From positions 1,664,001-1,728,000 of the forward strand of contig OZ219791.1 in NCBI GenBank assembly GCA_964291215.2: a stretch of 64,000 nt of DNA. The letters are read 5' to 3'. Positions 20,685 to 30,168 of this stretch are shown here, piece after piece. Each line of letters starts with the position of its first letter. The stretch's first letter is position 1. The stretch is from Alphaproteobacteria bacterium (lineage in GTDB: Bacteria; Pseudomonadota; Alphaproteobacteria; MPNO01; UBA830). The position numbers and the translations under genes are program-made. The notes below the pieces were generated by a model. It ran no database searches and had not been told where the DNA came from. It saw only the letters and a list, made by a program, of their open reading frames with translations.

Positions 20685-21321
20685 TGTTGTCGGTTGGATA
20701 AAACGGCGGGATTTCGGCGATTCGCCGCGCTTTTCAGGATCGTGTTTCTTTGCTGTTGTCAGGTCCTGTTGTCGCGGTTTCAGTGTTTGTCTGTTTGTCT
20801 CTGTGAATGCCGCCCGTTTTCTTCCCTGTTGTCGTTTCGGTCCGGTTCCGGTTTTTCTGCCGGCATGTGATCCGGGCTTCTGAGGGTTGTCGGGAGGGTT
20901 CTGGTGTTTCGTGGGATCGTCTGCCTTTCCTGTCGCCCGGGTCCTGTTGTCCGGGCCCGGGGCGCCCTCGCGACGCCAGCACCAACAGATCAGCATCGCC
21001 GCAAGAAGCCTTTCCAACGTCAGGACCATCGTCCTCGCGCAGGACCAAGACGAGGCCGGAGAACGTCAGGCCGAAACCCTGCGCACAAGGATGAAGGTTC
21101 CCCCTCGCGTCACGCTCCACAGACGCCGACCGCCAGAAAACGCCGACTGGAACGACATCATCAACACCAGAGCACAGGACCCGACAACAGGCAAAAAACG
21201 AAGACCGCGCGGCCTCTTGTCAACGCCGCACGTCCTTGTACCCGTGTTTGCCCAATCCACACACCGCTCAAAAGCGCGGTTCTCCGCCGAAATCCCGCCG
21301 TTCTGAATCGCCGCCGACAAC
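20685..21321. mobile_element. Putative miniature element bounded by long imperfect inverted repeats, carrying a Toprim fragment
   Basis: AACGGCGGGATTTCGGCGATTCGCCGCGCTTTT (20702-20734) versus AAAAGCGCGGTTCTCCGCCGAAATCCCGCCGTT (about 21270-21302); repeated GTTGTC/GACAAC cores. Confidence 0.5.
20980..21170 (+). pseudogene. Toprim domain fragment (plasmid/ICE primase-like)
   Basis: TIVLAQDQDEAGERQAETL...PPENADWNDII (DxDxAG and DWND motifs). Confidence 0.65.
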
Positions 21322-21367
21322 GAGCGATCTCTCCATCACCTGAATCAGCGGCCGGTGTCATCGGCAC

Positions 21368-21673
21368 CTAACCGGTTGCGTGCAGGCCCGTTCCGGCATC
21401 CAGCGTCGGCAGCTGAGCGATCTTCGCCCCGTTCTTCTGTTCCGCATACCGCAGTTCGTAGAGCTTCTGGAGGTTGAGCCAGGACTCCCCCGAGGAGCCG
21501 AAGATGTGTCCCAAACGCTGGGCGGTATCGCCGGTGACGGACCGCCGACCATCGAGAATCTCGGCGATGCGGTTTGCCGGCACTTCGATCTGCCGCGCCA
21601 ACTCCGCCGCGTTCATGCCGAGAGCGTCGAGGTCCTCGCGCAACGTCTCGCCGGGATGGATGGGTTCACGCAT
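21368..21673 (-). CDS. higA: HigA family addiction-module antitoxin
   Basis: PIHPGETLRE, AELAR, NRIAEILDGRRSVT, WLNLQKLYEL. Confidence 0.9.
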   Translation of the reverse strand: MREPIHPGETLREDLDALGMNAAELARQIEVPANRIAEILDGRRSVTGDTAQRLGHIFGSSGESWLNLQKLYELRYAEQKNGAKIAQLPTLDAGTGLHATG

Positions 21674-21686
21674 GTCAAACCTCTTC

Positions 21687-21897
21687 TCAATGGAAGTCGA
21701 CGATTTCCACCTCGGTCGGGCCGGGGCTGCCTTCAGGCGATTTGAATCAGATCTGCCACTGGTTTGTTGATGCGAGTGCTCGACGGCCCCCTGCGCCGCC
21801 CTCGATCGCCTTCAGACGATTGTCGGGACGCGCCAAGTTACCCAGGTGCGCGGCGGCATCGAACTGGTCGAGCTTGTAGGAAGCGCCGCAGGCAAAA
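21687..21897 (-). pseudogene. higB: HigB/RelE-like toxin pseudogene, 5' end replaced by an IS end
   Basis: KLDQFDAA..L..PDNRLKAI...RIN.QWQI*F...PTEVEIVDFH*, with frameshifts and a stop; lies directly upstream of higA. Confidence 0.7.
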
Positions 21898-21996
21898 CTC
21901 AGATGTCCTGACCTCGTGAGTTGACTTGATCCGTCCGGCTCCCCTTTTTTCCAACACAGTCAACGATTTTCCCGGTTTTTGCTTGACAACGTAGCC
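21898..21996 (+). mobile_element. Isolated about 100-bp end of an unclassified IS (same end as 36599-36698, inverted)
   Basis: TCAGATGTCCTGACCTCGTGAGTTGACTTGATC.GTCCGGCTCCCCTTTTTTCCAACACA.. closely matches the reverse complement of 36599-36698. Confidence 0.75.
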
Positions 21997-23600
21997 GTAA
22001 GCGTTCGTTCGTGCGGTGAGGTGTTGTTGCTTCTGTCCGTTTGACGGGCTTTTGTCAGGGAGTTCCAGCGTCACCCGGAGCGGTTTCGTGCACCGGGATG
22101 CGCGGTGAGGGGCACTGGCGCCATGCCGTGTTTCCCGCATTGGTTGCGGTTTTGTCCCGGCGTTGCGGAGGAGGAGCTGAGCGCCATCCTGTGCCGGTTG
22201 CAGGGGTCTGAGGGTCCGCTCCTTGCGGAGCGGGCCAGATGTCCTTCTTCGGCTTCTGTCATGTCGGTCGTAGCGGCCGCTGGTTGTTCCGACGCGGCCG
22301 GCAGACGCCGCGGCGCGGGCCCTCGACCAAGGTCTCGCAGGGCACGGGCGTGGTGTTGCAGCGCGCGGTCCATGCGGCGGTCGAGAAGCAGCGGCTCGCC
22401 GCATGGACCGCCTAGCGTATCTGCGCGCCGACCAGGCGCGTGTATCCGAGGTAGTATCAGCGGGCAACGAACTCGTTCCACAACTGGCCTTCTCGGGTGC
22501 CCACGATCCGGAAGTCAGCGGGCGGAGCTCGTCGAGGGTCTTCGGGGCGGCGGTGTGATCAGCTTCGGGGCTGGCGGCGGCAGAAGGCGCGGGCGATGGG
22601 GTCCGCTCCGTGATCGTTGCAGCCGCCGCATCTCCGCGACCATGAAGTCGCGCCCTCGACCTCACGGCGGCGCTGCGAATCTCCGCCGCCTCTCCGGGCT
22701 CACGGCAACCAGGGCGACAGATCGCCGGGCCGCCGTTCTCCGCGCAGGCATCAAGCCAGCGCAGAACATCGAGGCCGCTCCTCGCGACCGTGTACATGAC
22801 CGCCGACAGCCGTCCATGCTGTCGGAACCGAAGCCGGGCTTCCGCCCGTTGGCCGGGCCCCTGACAGCCCTTTCCCCGAAATTGTTGTCCATGGTCGACG
22901 AACACGCGATGGTTGAGCGCAGCGGCCTGCCTTCCGGCGCCGCTTTCGGAAGCCTCGGCGCTTCCGCAAACAGCGCGGCGACCGCAGTCTCCAGCGCCGC
23001 CTGCGCGGCCTGCCGCCGCCGACCGGCCGCCGGAAGCAGGGCAGTCGAGCCGTGTTCAGGCGGCAGATCTCCGCGATCGATCCATTCCCACCCCTCCAGC
23101 TGCGGCCGGCGCAGTCCGGAAAGTCGCGCCGACAATGCGCCTGGCAACAGCACAGGATGATGAAGGGCCACAGGCGCGCCAGCTTCTTGCAGGCGCCGTA
23201 GCGGCCGCAGACATGGGGGCGTCCGCGAACAGCTTCGCCGCGACCTCGGCGCTGCGCGAGGGAGAGAACCGCGTCACGGCTGACCGATGTCCGGAGCCAG
23301 GCGCGACTTCCGGACCTCCCTCGGGGCCTGGATGCATCGGCATGGCACAGACCCCGGTGCGCGGGGATCGCGTCCCGAAGCGGCTCGAACAGGGGCAGCA
23401 TCCGGCTCGCTGGCCAGCGTTCCCGGCGAAAGCCCCTGGACGCGGCGCAAGGGCCGCATGCACGCGCTCGTGCAGCACATGCGTCCACACCCGAATGCGG
23501 TGCCGGGAAACAGCCGCCACCGGTGAACCGAGGCAGTCACAGCCCCGGCGGACAATCCGCCGCTTTTGATCTCGATGATCCTGGTGCGAACCGTTGGCAA
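21997..23600 (-). mobile_element. Heavily decayed IS66 element: transposase relic about 22700-23600 plus DUF4338-like passenger relic
   Basis: IR GTAAGCG at 21997; pieces PLFEPLRDAI, HADA, CQAHCRRDF, MDNNFGERAVRG..NGRK...FGS. Confidence 0.7.
22365..22660 (-). pseudogene. DUF4338/DruA-like fragment
   Basis: PKTLDELRPL..RIVGTREGQLWNEFVAR*YYLGYTRLVGAQIR*AVH, matching the W....RYHYLG....GAQ.RY motif. Confidence 0.6.
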
Positions 23601-23701
23601 CGTGCCGCCTCGATGACCACCACTAAACGAATCGGCCTGCAGTGTCAAATCTCCACGAAAATCCGTTCGTTGCTCTACCCCGACATCAAGCCGGAACCAA
23701 G

Positions 23702-23767
23702 GGGTGAGCAGTTACGTTGCTTCTTGGTATCTGCTCACCCGCCTCTACGGAGGGGTGAGCAGATACC
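23702..23767. repeat. Three IS66(ISBst12)-type terminal repeats, two forming a perfect 15-bp IR with a 12-nt spacer
   Basis: GGGTGAGCAGTTAC 23702-23715; GGTATCTGCTCACCC 23726-23740 / GGGTGAGCAGATACC 23753-23767. Confidence 0.75.
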
Positions 23768-23879
23768 TCGCACAAACCGAACCTTCGCCGCAGGACTCTG
23801 ATCGCTCCGAGGACGAACTCACGAAAGATACCATCGCTGAAATCGCCCGGATTCGCCACGATCGCTAAGCCCGCAAGAC

Positions 23880-24280
23880 ATGGACCTTGTCCTGATTGCA
23901 ATGTTCTTATGTCGGTGGCTCGATTCAGAGAGGTGTGCATCAGCGTGATCATTCAGGCGATGCGTGATTACGAGATTGTGCTCTCCGTGCCCATACTTAA
24001 GGAGAACAAAGCCGTTGTCGGACGCTTCGGGCGCGCTATGTACCGGGAAGGTCTGTTCGCCATCATTGGGGAACTTGAGCGAGGCGCTGTATTGGTCGAA
24101 CCGTCAGATGTCGCGTTCGGGCTCGCTGATCCGGATGACGAAGTCTGCCTGGCGACTGCGACGGCTGGCGGAGCCGCTCTCATTACGGGCAACAGCCGGC
24201 ACTTCACGCAAGCACGATAGGGGTTGGTGGAAGTTCTTTCTCTGCGCAGCTTCCTCGATCGAACGGCCCGGGCGGTGCCT
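23880..24280 (+). pseudogene. PIN-domain toxin (TIGR00305-like) pseudogene, with a small antitoxin remnant upstream
   Basis: MDLVL/(D)CNVLMS frameshift, ADPDDEVCLATA..GG..LITGNSRHF, premature TAG at 24218-24220 then LVEVLSLRSFL. Confidence 0.7.
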
Positions 24281-24475
24281 ACGGAGCACTGACAAGCATG
24301 CCGAGCCCGGCGAGGTCATGATGAACTGGCCGGGAAACAATGTGGGCCAGCGTCGAAATCAGGCTGTTGGCAAGATGGCGACAGCCATTAGCGAATTGCC
24401 GCCCCCTCGATCCGTTGGCAAGGTGCGCTTTCCCGGATCCTGCCCCGTGCAGCCTTTGGCGCCGGGATGTCCGGA

Positions 24476-25099
24476 TCAGCGAACCGGCGAGAACGGCGCC
24501 GCGAGAACGATCTTGTTGGCCTGGGTCTGGAGCGTCTCGTAGGGCCCCTTCGGAGGCCAGATGCCCTTCTTGACGGCCTCGCTCCGCACCTCAGCGCGAT
24601 GTTCGAAGCTCTCATAGGCCCAGATGTGGACGAACTTGTTGAGGTCGCCGGCATCGGTGTGCATGGCCATCACGAGTTCCGACATCTCGAGCCTTTTCGG
24701 CAGCGCTTTCGCCCAGCTCTCGTACAGGTCCGGAAGCGCGCCAGGCTTGATCATGTATTCCCGCCACTCGAAGATCGGGCCCTTGTCGCCGCTCAGGAAA
24801 GTCGGCGATAGCGGGGAAGGGGTGAATATCTCGGACCGCATGTGCTCTTGCAGGTGTGCGACCTTGGGCGGCCAGGAATACTGCTTGTCGGAAACCGACT
24901 GCGCACGAGTTCTCTCGCGATCCTCGGCGTTCTCGTACGGCCAGATGTGGATGACTTCGTTGAGTGGTCCGATTTCCGTGTAGAAAAAAGCTGCGAGTTT
25001 CGAGAGATTCTGGCGCTTCTCGTAGGCTTTGCCGAAAGTCTTGATGAACTCCGGCACGCCGCGCGGAGCGAGGCGATAGGTTCGCGCTTCGTAGATCAT
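24476..25099 (-). CDS. NIPSNAP family protein (two repeats)
   Basis: IYEARTY...TEIGPLNEVIHIWPY; FEWREY...LNKFVHIWAYESFEHR; PFSP end. Confidence 0.92.
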   Translation of the reverse strand: MIYEARTYRLAPRGVPEFIKTFGKAYEKRQNLSKLAAFFYTEIGPLNEVIHIWPYENAEDRERTRAQSVSDKQYSWPPKVAHLQEHMRSEIFTPSPLSPTFLSGDKGPIFEWREYMIKPGALPDLYESWAKALPKRLEMSELVMAMHTDAGDLNKFVHIWAYESFEHRAEVRSEAVKKGIWPPKGPYETLQTQANKIVLAAPFSPVR

Positions 25100-25263
25100 G
25101 CAGGTTTCTCCCTGTACTGTTGACGGCGGAGGCGGCCGCCGCATGTCCGCACGCCGTCCGGCCAGCGGGGTAGTGCGCGGCCGATCCAGCCGCCCAGTTG
25201 TCTTGCGCACGCGGCGACCGGTGTTACACTAAAGGCCGCAAAAGGCAAACGGGAGACAGGGCC

Positions 25264-25866
25264 ATGCCGGATACCGGATTGGGTGCGGTGGCGCAGTCGT
25301 CGCTGGCCACTCGCGGTGTGCATCATCTGGCGTTGACGACCGAGGACATGCAATCCACGACCGATTTCTATGTCAACGTCGTCGGTATGCCGCTCGTTCA
25401 CGCGATGAAGGTGCCGCCCGGTGTCGGGACGGGACCGGAGAATCGCGGCAATCCGCCCTACGAGGAAGTCAGGCACTATTTCTTTGACATGGGCAATGAC
25501 AGCCTGCTTGCGTTCTTCGAGATTCCGAAGGGCGAAAAACCGCAATCGGACCGCGACGCCATTGGTGGCATGCAGCACTGCGCCTTCGCCGTGACGCCGG
25601 CCCAGTTCGAGGCGTTGCAGGCGCGGCTTGCCGATAGCGGATACGATTACGACGGCCCGATCGACATCCTTCCGGGCCTCGTCTCGATCTATTTCTACGA
25701 CCCCAACGGCATACGCCTCGAGGCCTGTTGTCAACCGGACGCAGGCGACGAGCCTGCGGTCATCGGCTCGGTGCTGCAGAACAGGGCGGAGGCACGGGGA
25801 GAGCTCGACACCACCGGCGCGCCGGAAGAATGGATCGAGAAGATCACCGCAGGCCTCTCGCCGTAA
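25264..25866 (+). CDS. VOC/glyoxalase family protein
   Basis: GVHHLAL, HYFFDMG..LAFFE, SIYFYDPNGIRLE. Confidence 0.9.
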   Translation: MPDTGLGAVAQSSLATRGVHHLALTTEDMQSTTDFYVNVVGMPLVHAMKVPPGVGTGPENRGNPPYEEVRHYFFDMGNDSLLAFFEIPKGEKPQSDRDAIGGMQHCAFAVTPAQFEALQARLADSGYDYDGPIDILPGLVSIYFYDPNGIRLEACCQPDAGDEPAVIGSVLQNRAEARGELDTTGAPEEWIEKITAGLSP

Positions 25867-25906
25867 CGGCCGTTTAGGTCGCCCGCGAAGCGGTGCCCCC
25901 TCGGCG

Positions 25907-26983
25907 TCAGACTGAAAGCGCGTCCGTGAGGCCTTCGATCAGTTCGGCGACATCGGCCATGTTGTGCCGTCGCGAGGCGACGGCGATGTGCGGGCTCAAC
26001 ACCACGTTGGAATAGGACTTGAGCGGCTCGTCCGCGGCGCCGGGCTCCACGTAATGCACGTCGAGCCCGGCACCGCCGAGCCTGCCGCTGTCGAGCGCGG
26101 AGACCAGTGCGTCCCGGCGAACGATCGCCGCGCGCGAGATGTTGACCAGGATCGCGCCGGGCTTCAGGTGGGCAAAGGCAGCGGAATCGACCATACCTTC
26201 CGTGTCTTCGGTCAGCGGCAGGTGGATGCTGAGAAAATCCGCGCGCTCCAGAAGTTCGGCATAGGAGACGTAATGCGCCGCGTATTCCTGCTCTATGTCC
26301 GGCGGCAGGCGAGAGCGTTGGTGGTAGAGGATCTCCATGTCGAATGCGCGCGCCCGCCGTGCGACCTCGCGACCAATTTCTCCGAGGCCCAGCGCACCCA
26401 GCGTCGAGCCCTGCAGGCTGCGCAGTCCGGGTATCCGCGCCCAGTTGGCGCCGGCCACATGCGCGGTGTCGAACAGTCGGGGAGTGTAGCCGAGCGATTC
26501 CAACGACGCGAAATCGAGTGCGCCGTTGGTTTCCACCAGCTTGCGGCCAACGGCCATCATCATCATCAGCGCGTGTTCGGCGACCGCCGCGTTGACCCTG
26601 CGGCGCAGTGTGCGAACCTCGATCCCGGCCTCGTGGCAGGCCTCGATGTCGATGTTGCGGGTGTCGATCCCGAACTTCTGGACGAGCCTGAGGCCAAGTG
26701 CTGCCCCGATGTCTTCGGCATCAATCCTTAGCCCCTCGGTCACCACCGCGTCAGCGCCGGGAAGCGCCGCCCGGAGCGCATCACGGTCCGCGACCATCGT
26801 CACCTTGACCGGACGGATGGTCGCCGCCCGTGTGCGCAGGGTCTCGAACCACTCCTCCGGGTCGGGCTCGTCGAAGGACAGGTAGTCGCCGAAGGCCGCG
26901 CAACGCTCCGGACTTGCCTGCGCATCGAGGATGACTTCCAGGAACCGGAGGATCTTGTCGTCTTCGGCAATGATGGTCGTCAT
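25907..26983 (-). CDS. D-isomer-specific 2-hydroxyacid dehydrogenase family protein
   Basis: AVAEHA, GLGEIG, LVNISRA, GLDVHYVEP, LSPHIA. Confidence 0.88.
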   Translation of the reverse strand: MTTIIAEDDKILRFLEVILDAQASPERCAAFGDYLSFDEPDPEEWFETLRTRAATIRPVKVTMVADRDALRAALPGADAVVTEGLRIDAEDIGAALGLRLVQKFGIDTRNIDIEACHEAGIEVRTLRRRVNAAVAEHALMMMMAVGRKLVETNGALDFASLESLGYTPRLFDTAHVAGANWARIPGLRSLQGSTLGALGLGEIGREVARRARAFDMEILYHQRSRLPPDIEQEYAAHYVSYAELLERADFLSIHLPLTEDTEGMVDSAAFAHLKPGAILVNISRAAIVRRDALVSALDSGRLGGAGLDVHYVEPGAADEPLKSYSNVVLSPHIAVASRRHNMADVAELIEGLTDALSV

Positions 26984-27036
26984 GTCCGTCTCCGCTATGA
27001 TGGAGCCCCGTCTTACGGCAACAGGAGCCTGCTGCG

Positions 27037-27570
27037 ATGGCCCGCGTGCCACTGATCGATCCCGAGAACGTTCCGGGCCTTGCGGATTTTGCAGCCCACA
27101 TTCGCGGTCGCCGGCGCGGCCGCATGATCAACGTCTACCGCATGCTGGCGCACAGCCCTCCGCTCGCGCAGAGCTGGTTCCAGCACGTGAACGCCGTGCG
27201 CTGGGAGACGAAGATCGACGGGCGGCTGCGCGAGATCGTGATCATAAGGCTGGCCCATGCTTCCGCGTCCGCCTATGTGCTTCGCCAGCATGTCCCGAAG
27301 CTCGCGGAAGCCGAGGGCCTTTCGGCGGAGGCCTGCGAGGCCCTGAAGGACTGGTGTGGCTCTCCGCTGTTTGACGAGCGCGAGTGCGCCGCTCTTGCTT
27401 ACGCAGATGCGATGGCGGCTGCGGCCGCAGTGCCTGATGCGGCCTTCCGGTCGCTTCGGGACCATTTCGGCGATCGCGAGATCGTCGAACTGACGATGCT
27501 CGTCGGTGCCTACGTCTCCCATGTGAGGGTGCTCGGTGCGCTCGAGGTCGATCTCGAACCGGACGGCTGA
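27037..27570 (+). CDS. Carboxymuconolactone decarboxylase/AhpD-like protein
   Basis: NVYRMLAHSP, RLREIVII, FDERE.AALAY, EIVELT. Confidence 0.85.
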   Translation: MARVPLIDPENVPGLADFAAHIRGRRRGRMINVYRMLAHSPPLAQSWFQHVNAVRWETKIDGRLREIVIIRLAHASASAYVLRQHVPKLAEAEGLSAEACEALKDWCGSPLFDERECAALAYADAMAAAAAVPDAAFRSLRDHFGDREIVELTMLVGAYVSHVRVLGALEVDLEPDG

Positions 27571-27599
27571 CGCCGCGCATTCCGGAAATCCGCCCTCCG

Positions 27600-28202
27600 T
27601 CAGGACGGGAGATCGGGCTCCGCGTCCGCGGGCAGTTGCGCATCGAATGCAATGAGCGTGGCCGCGGTCATTGCGTACATGCCCATGAGGTGAACGAGGT
27701 CGACGAGCAGGCGCCGCTCAAGACCGTCCGCCAACCGCCGGTAGGTCTCGGGCGATACCTGGCGCCTGCCGAACAGTTCACGTCCGAAGGCAATGATTGC
27801 CGCGCTGCGATCGTCGAGCCCGTCGACGGGGCCGCGGGTGCGGATCGCGTCGATCACGTCGTCGGAGACGCCCACCCGGCGGGCCTCGGGCTCGTGCGCG
27901 GCCCATTCGAACCGACAGTCATGTTCGCGCGCCGTCGTCAATATCGCGACCTCCCGCCAGCGCGAATCGATTCCGGCCCGGTCGCGGAGATAGAGGTTGG
28001 CGGGGCGCAGACAGGCGGAGAGCGCCGGGCTGTGCAGCCTTATGCCGCCGGGCCCCTGAAGTCCGGCAAGACTGCCGCCAACCGGGTTGGCGAGCTGATC
28101 ATAGACACGTTGTCCCGCGTCGTCGAGCCCGTCCCGTGCGGGAAGTGGAAGCCTGTTTCCCGATTGCGGGTCAATGTCGGGAGGCCGGGGCGCCTGATTC
28201 AT
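27600..28202 (-). CDS. Carboxymuconolactone decarboxylase/AhpD-like protein
   Basis: GP...LHSP, REVAILTTAREHDCRFEWAAH, LVDLV.LMG.Y. Confidence 0.85.
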   Translation of the reverse strand: MNQAPRPPDIDPQSGNRLPLPARDGLDDAGQRVYDQLANPVGGSLAGLQGPGGIRLHSPALSACLRPANLYLRDRAGIDSRWREVAILTTAREHDCRFEWAAHEPEARRVGVSDDVIDAIRTRGPVDGLDDRSAAIIAFGRELFGRRQVSPETYRRLADGLERRLLVDLVHLMGMYAMTAATLIAFDAQLPADAEPDLPS

Positions 28203-28387
28203 GCGATGGCTCCTTGTGGACGATTCGTGAACGAACTTGGGCGGTTTCTCGTCCGGTGCGGCCGGCTGCGCGGTTGCGTCGCGACCGTACGGCCCGCCAT
28301 CCTCGCCATGCCGCCGGGTTCGGGCGTGCCGATGCAACAGTTATGGTATGATCTTGCGGCCATGAGCCAAGGGGCGGAATCGGTGCA

Positions 28388-28876
28388 ATGACGGAAATAG
28401 TTCTGGCTGGCGGCTTTCTTTCGCGTGATCACGACCACGATCATTGCATAGACGATGCGCTGAAGACCGCCGAGAAGATCTGTCTTGAACGCGGTCTCCG
28501 CTTCACCCGAACCCGTCGGCGGGTTCTCGAGATCGTGTGGCAGCGCCACGGACCGATCGGCGCGTACGATATCCTCGAGGTGCTGCAGCAGGAGCGCCGC
28601 AAGACGGCACCGCCGACCGTCTACCGCGCTCTCGAATTCCTGCTCGAACACGGGTTCGTGCACAGAATCGAATCGCTGAACGCCTTTGTCGGTTGCAGCA
28701 GGCCGGAGGGCGCCCATGTCGGCCAATTTCTGATCTGCACCGGGTGCGGCCAGACTGTGGAACTTGATGATTCCGACATCGCCTTTCTCATAGCCGAAAA
28801 GACGGCCAGCGCCGGCTTCGACGTCTCGCGCCAGACGATCGAGATTCAGGGTCTCTGCAGCGGCTGCGGTGCCTGA
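28388..28876 (+). CDS. zur: Fur family regulator, Zur-like
   Basis: HDHDHC, AYDIL, PPTVYRALEFL, HRIESLNAFVGC, two CxxC motifs. Confidence 0.88.
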   Translation: MTEIVLAGGFLSRDHDHDHCIDDALKTAEKICLERGLRFTRTRRRVLEIVWQRHGPIGAYDILEVLQQERRKTAPPTVYRALEFLLEHGFVHRIESLNAFVGCSRPEGAHVGQFLICTGCGQTVELDDSDIAFLIAEKTASAGFDVSRQTIEIQGLCSGCGA

Positions 28877-28932
28877 CCGGCGGGCGAAACCAGCCGGCGG
28901 GCGGTTGCCGACGGACGCCATGGCAACGCTGG

Positions 28933-29913
28933 TCAGAGTTCGATACCGAAGAGTTTCAGTGAATTGAGCCGACCGATCTTCCGGCGGTCGGCTTCGCTGA
29001 TCGTGCAGTTGTCGAACCATATGGCGGCGTGGTCTATGTTCTCGAACGGCCAGTCGGCCGAGAACAGGATACGGTCCGCGCCCACCTCCAGCATGGCGTT
29101 GATCAGGGCTTGGGTCCGGAAATTCCCGGATGTGGTGATGTAGAAGTTCTCCTGGAGATACTCCGAGAAGGTACGCTTGGCCGGATAGGCCGGCGGTGCT
29201 TCGGTCCACGCGTTGCGGTTGTCGCAACGCCAGATGCTGAACGGCAGCCCTTCGCCCATGTGTCCCAGGACGATCTGCAGGTTCGGGTGTTCGTCGAACA
29301 GTCCGCAAGCCATCAGCCGCAGGGCATGGACGGCGGTCTCCTGTCCGAAGGCCCAGGTGGGGCCCATCAGCCAAGGATGGCCGTCATAGATCTGCGCCAT
29401 GCTCGGAAGCGGATTGCGCGGATGAAGATAGAACGGCACCCCGAGTTCGGCCATGACCAGCCAGAACGGGCGGAACTGCGGCAGGTCGTAATAGTAGGCA
29501 GTGTGCGGTTCGTCGATTTGCGAGAAGCCGTTGACCAGGGCGCCGACGAATCCGAGGTCGTTGACGCAGCGTTGCATTTCGGCGCAGGCCATGTCGATAT
29601 CCTGAAGCGGCAGGGCGGCGAAGCCGCGAAAGCGCCCGGGATGGCGCTCGACCCATTCTGCGAGCACATCGTTCGACTTGCGCGCTATATCGTTGGCTCT
29701 CCCGCGATCCGGGATCGCCTGCACCGCCGGCGCGTTCAGCGACAGGATCATCAGTTCAACGCCGTTCCTGTCCATCTCCTCGATGCGCCGGCCCTCGATG
29801 TCGAGGACGCGGGCGGAGAGTTCTGCCCAAGTGTGCTCCGGCAGGTAGCCGGCCGAATCCATGAGGGTGTCCTCTATGGCGTAGTGTTCCTCGAGCGCGA
29901 TCTTGTCTTCCAT
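28933..29913 (-). CDS. Amidohydrolase-2 family, gamma-resorcylate (2,6-dihydroxybenzoate) decarboxylase-like
   Basis: KIALEEH, LSLNAPAVQ, YLHPRNPLP, GPTWAFGQETAVHALRLM, TTSGNF, DWPFE. Confidence 0.85.
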   Translation of the reverse strand: MEDKIALEEHYAIEDTLMDSAGYLPEHTWAELSARVLDIEGRRIEEMDRNGVELMILSLNAPAVQAIPDRGRANDIARKSNDVLAEWVERHPGRFRGFAALPLQDIDMACAEMQRCVNDLGFVGALVNGFSQIDEPHTAYYYDLPQFRPFWLVMAELGVPFYLHPRNPLPSMAQIYDGHPWLMGPTWAFGQETAVHALRLMACGLFDEHPNLQIVLGHMGEGLPFSIWRCDNRNAWTEAPPAYPAKRTFSEYLQENFYITTSGNFRTQALINAMLEVGADRILFSADWPFENIDHAAIWFDNCTISEADRRKIGRLNSLKLFGIEL

Positions 29914-30168
29914 GGCCCGTTCCTCTGTTGACGGCGCATCTGCGTCCCTCTTCCGCAATTATAGGATGTAGCGGCACACATGCATCAGGTGCGGGACAGG
30001 CACACCGATGCGGCCGCCGAGCTCGTGCCGGCAGCCGGCGCGGCTGTCGAGTTAGCAAGCCGGATCGGAGATCGCGGGCTGGCGGCTCCGTTCTGAGGCG
30101 CTGCAGGTCGATCCGCCAACCCGGTTCCGGAAAGCGCCAAGCGCTCCGGCCGGCAGGGTCCGTGAACG

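Noticed and set aside
20755-20955. Degenerate CRISPR array
   Set aside because: The repeat core is only 6-10 bp and there are no cas genes; kept as a binding-site array
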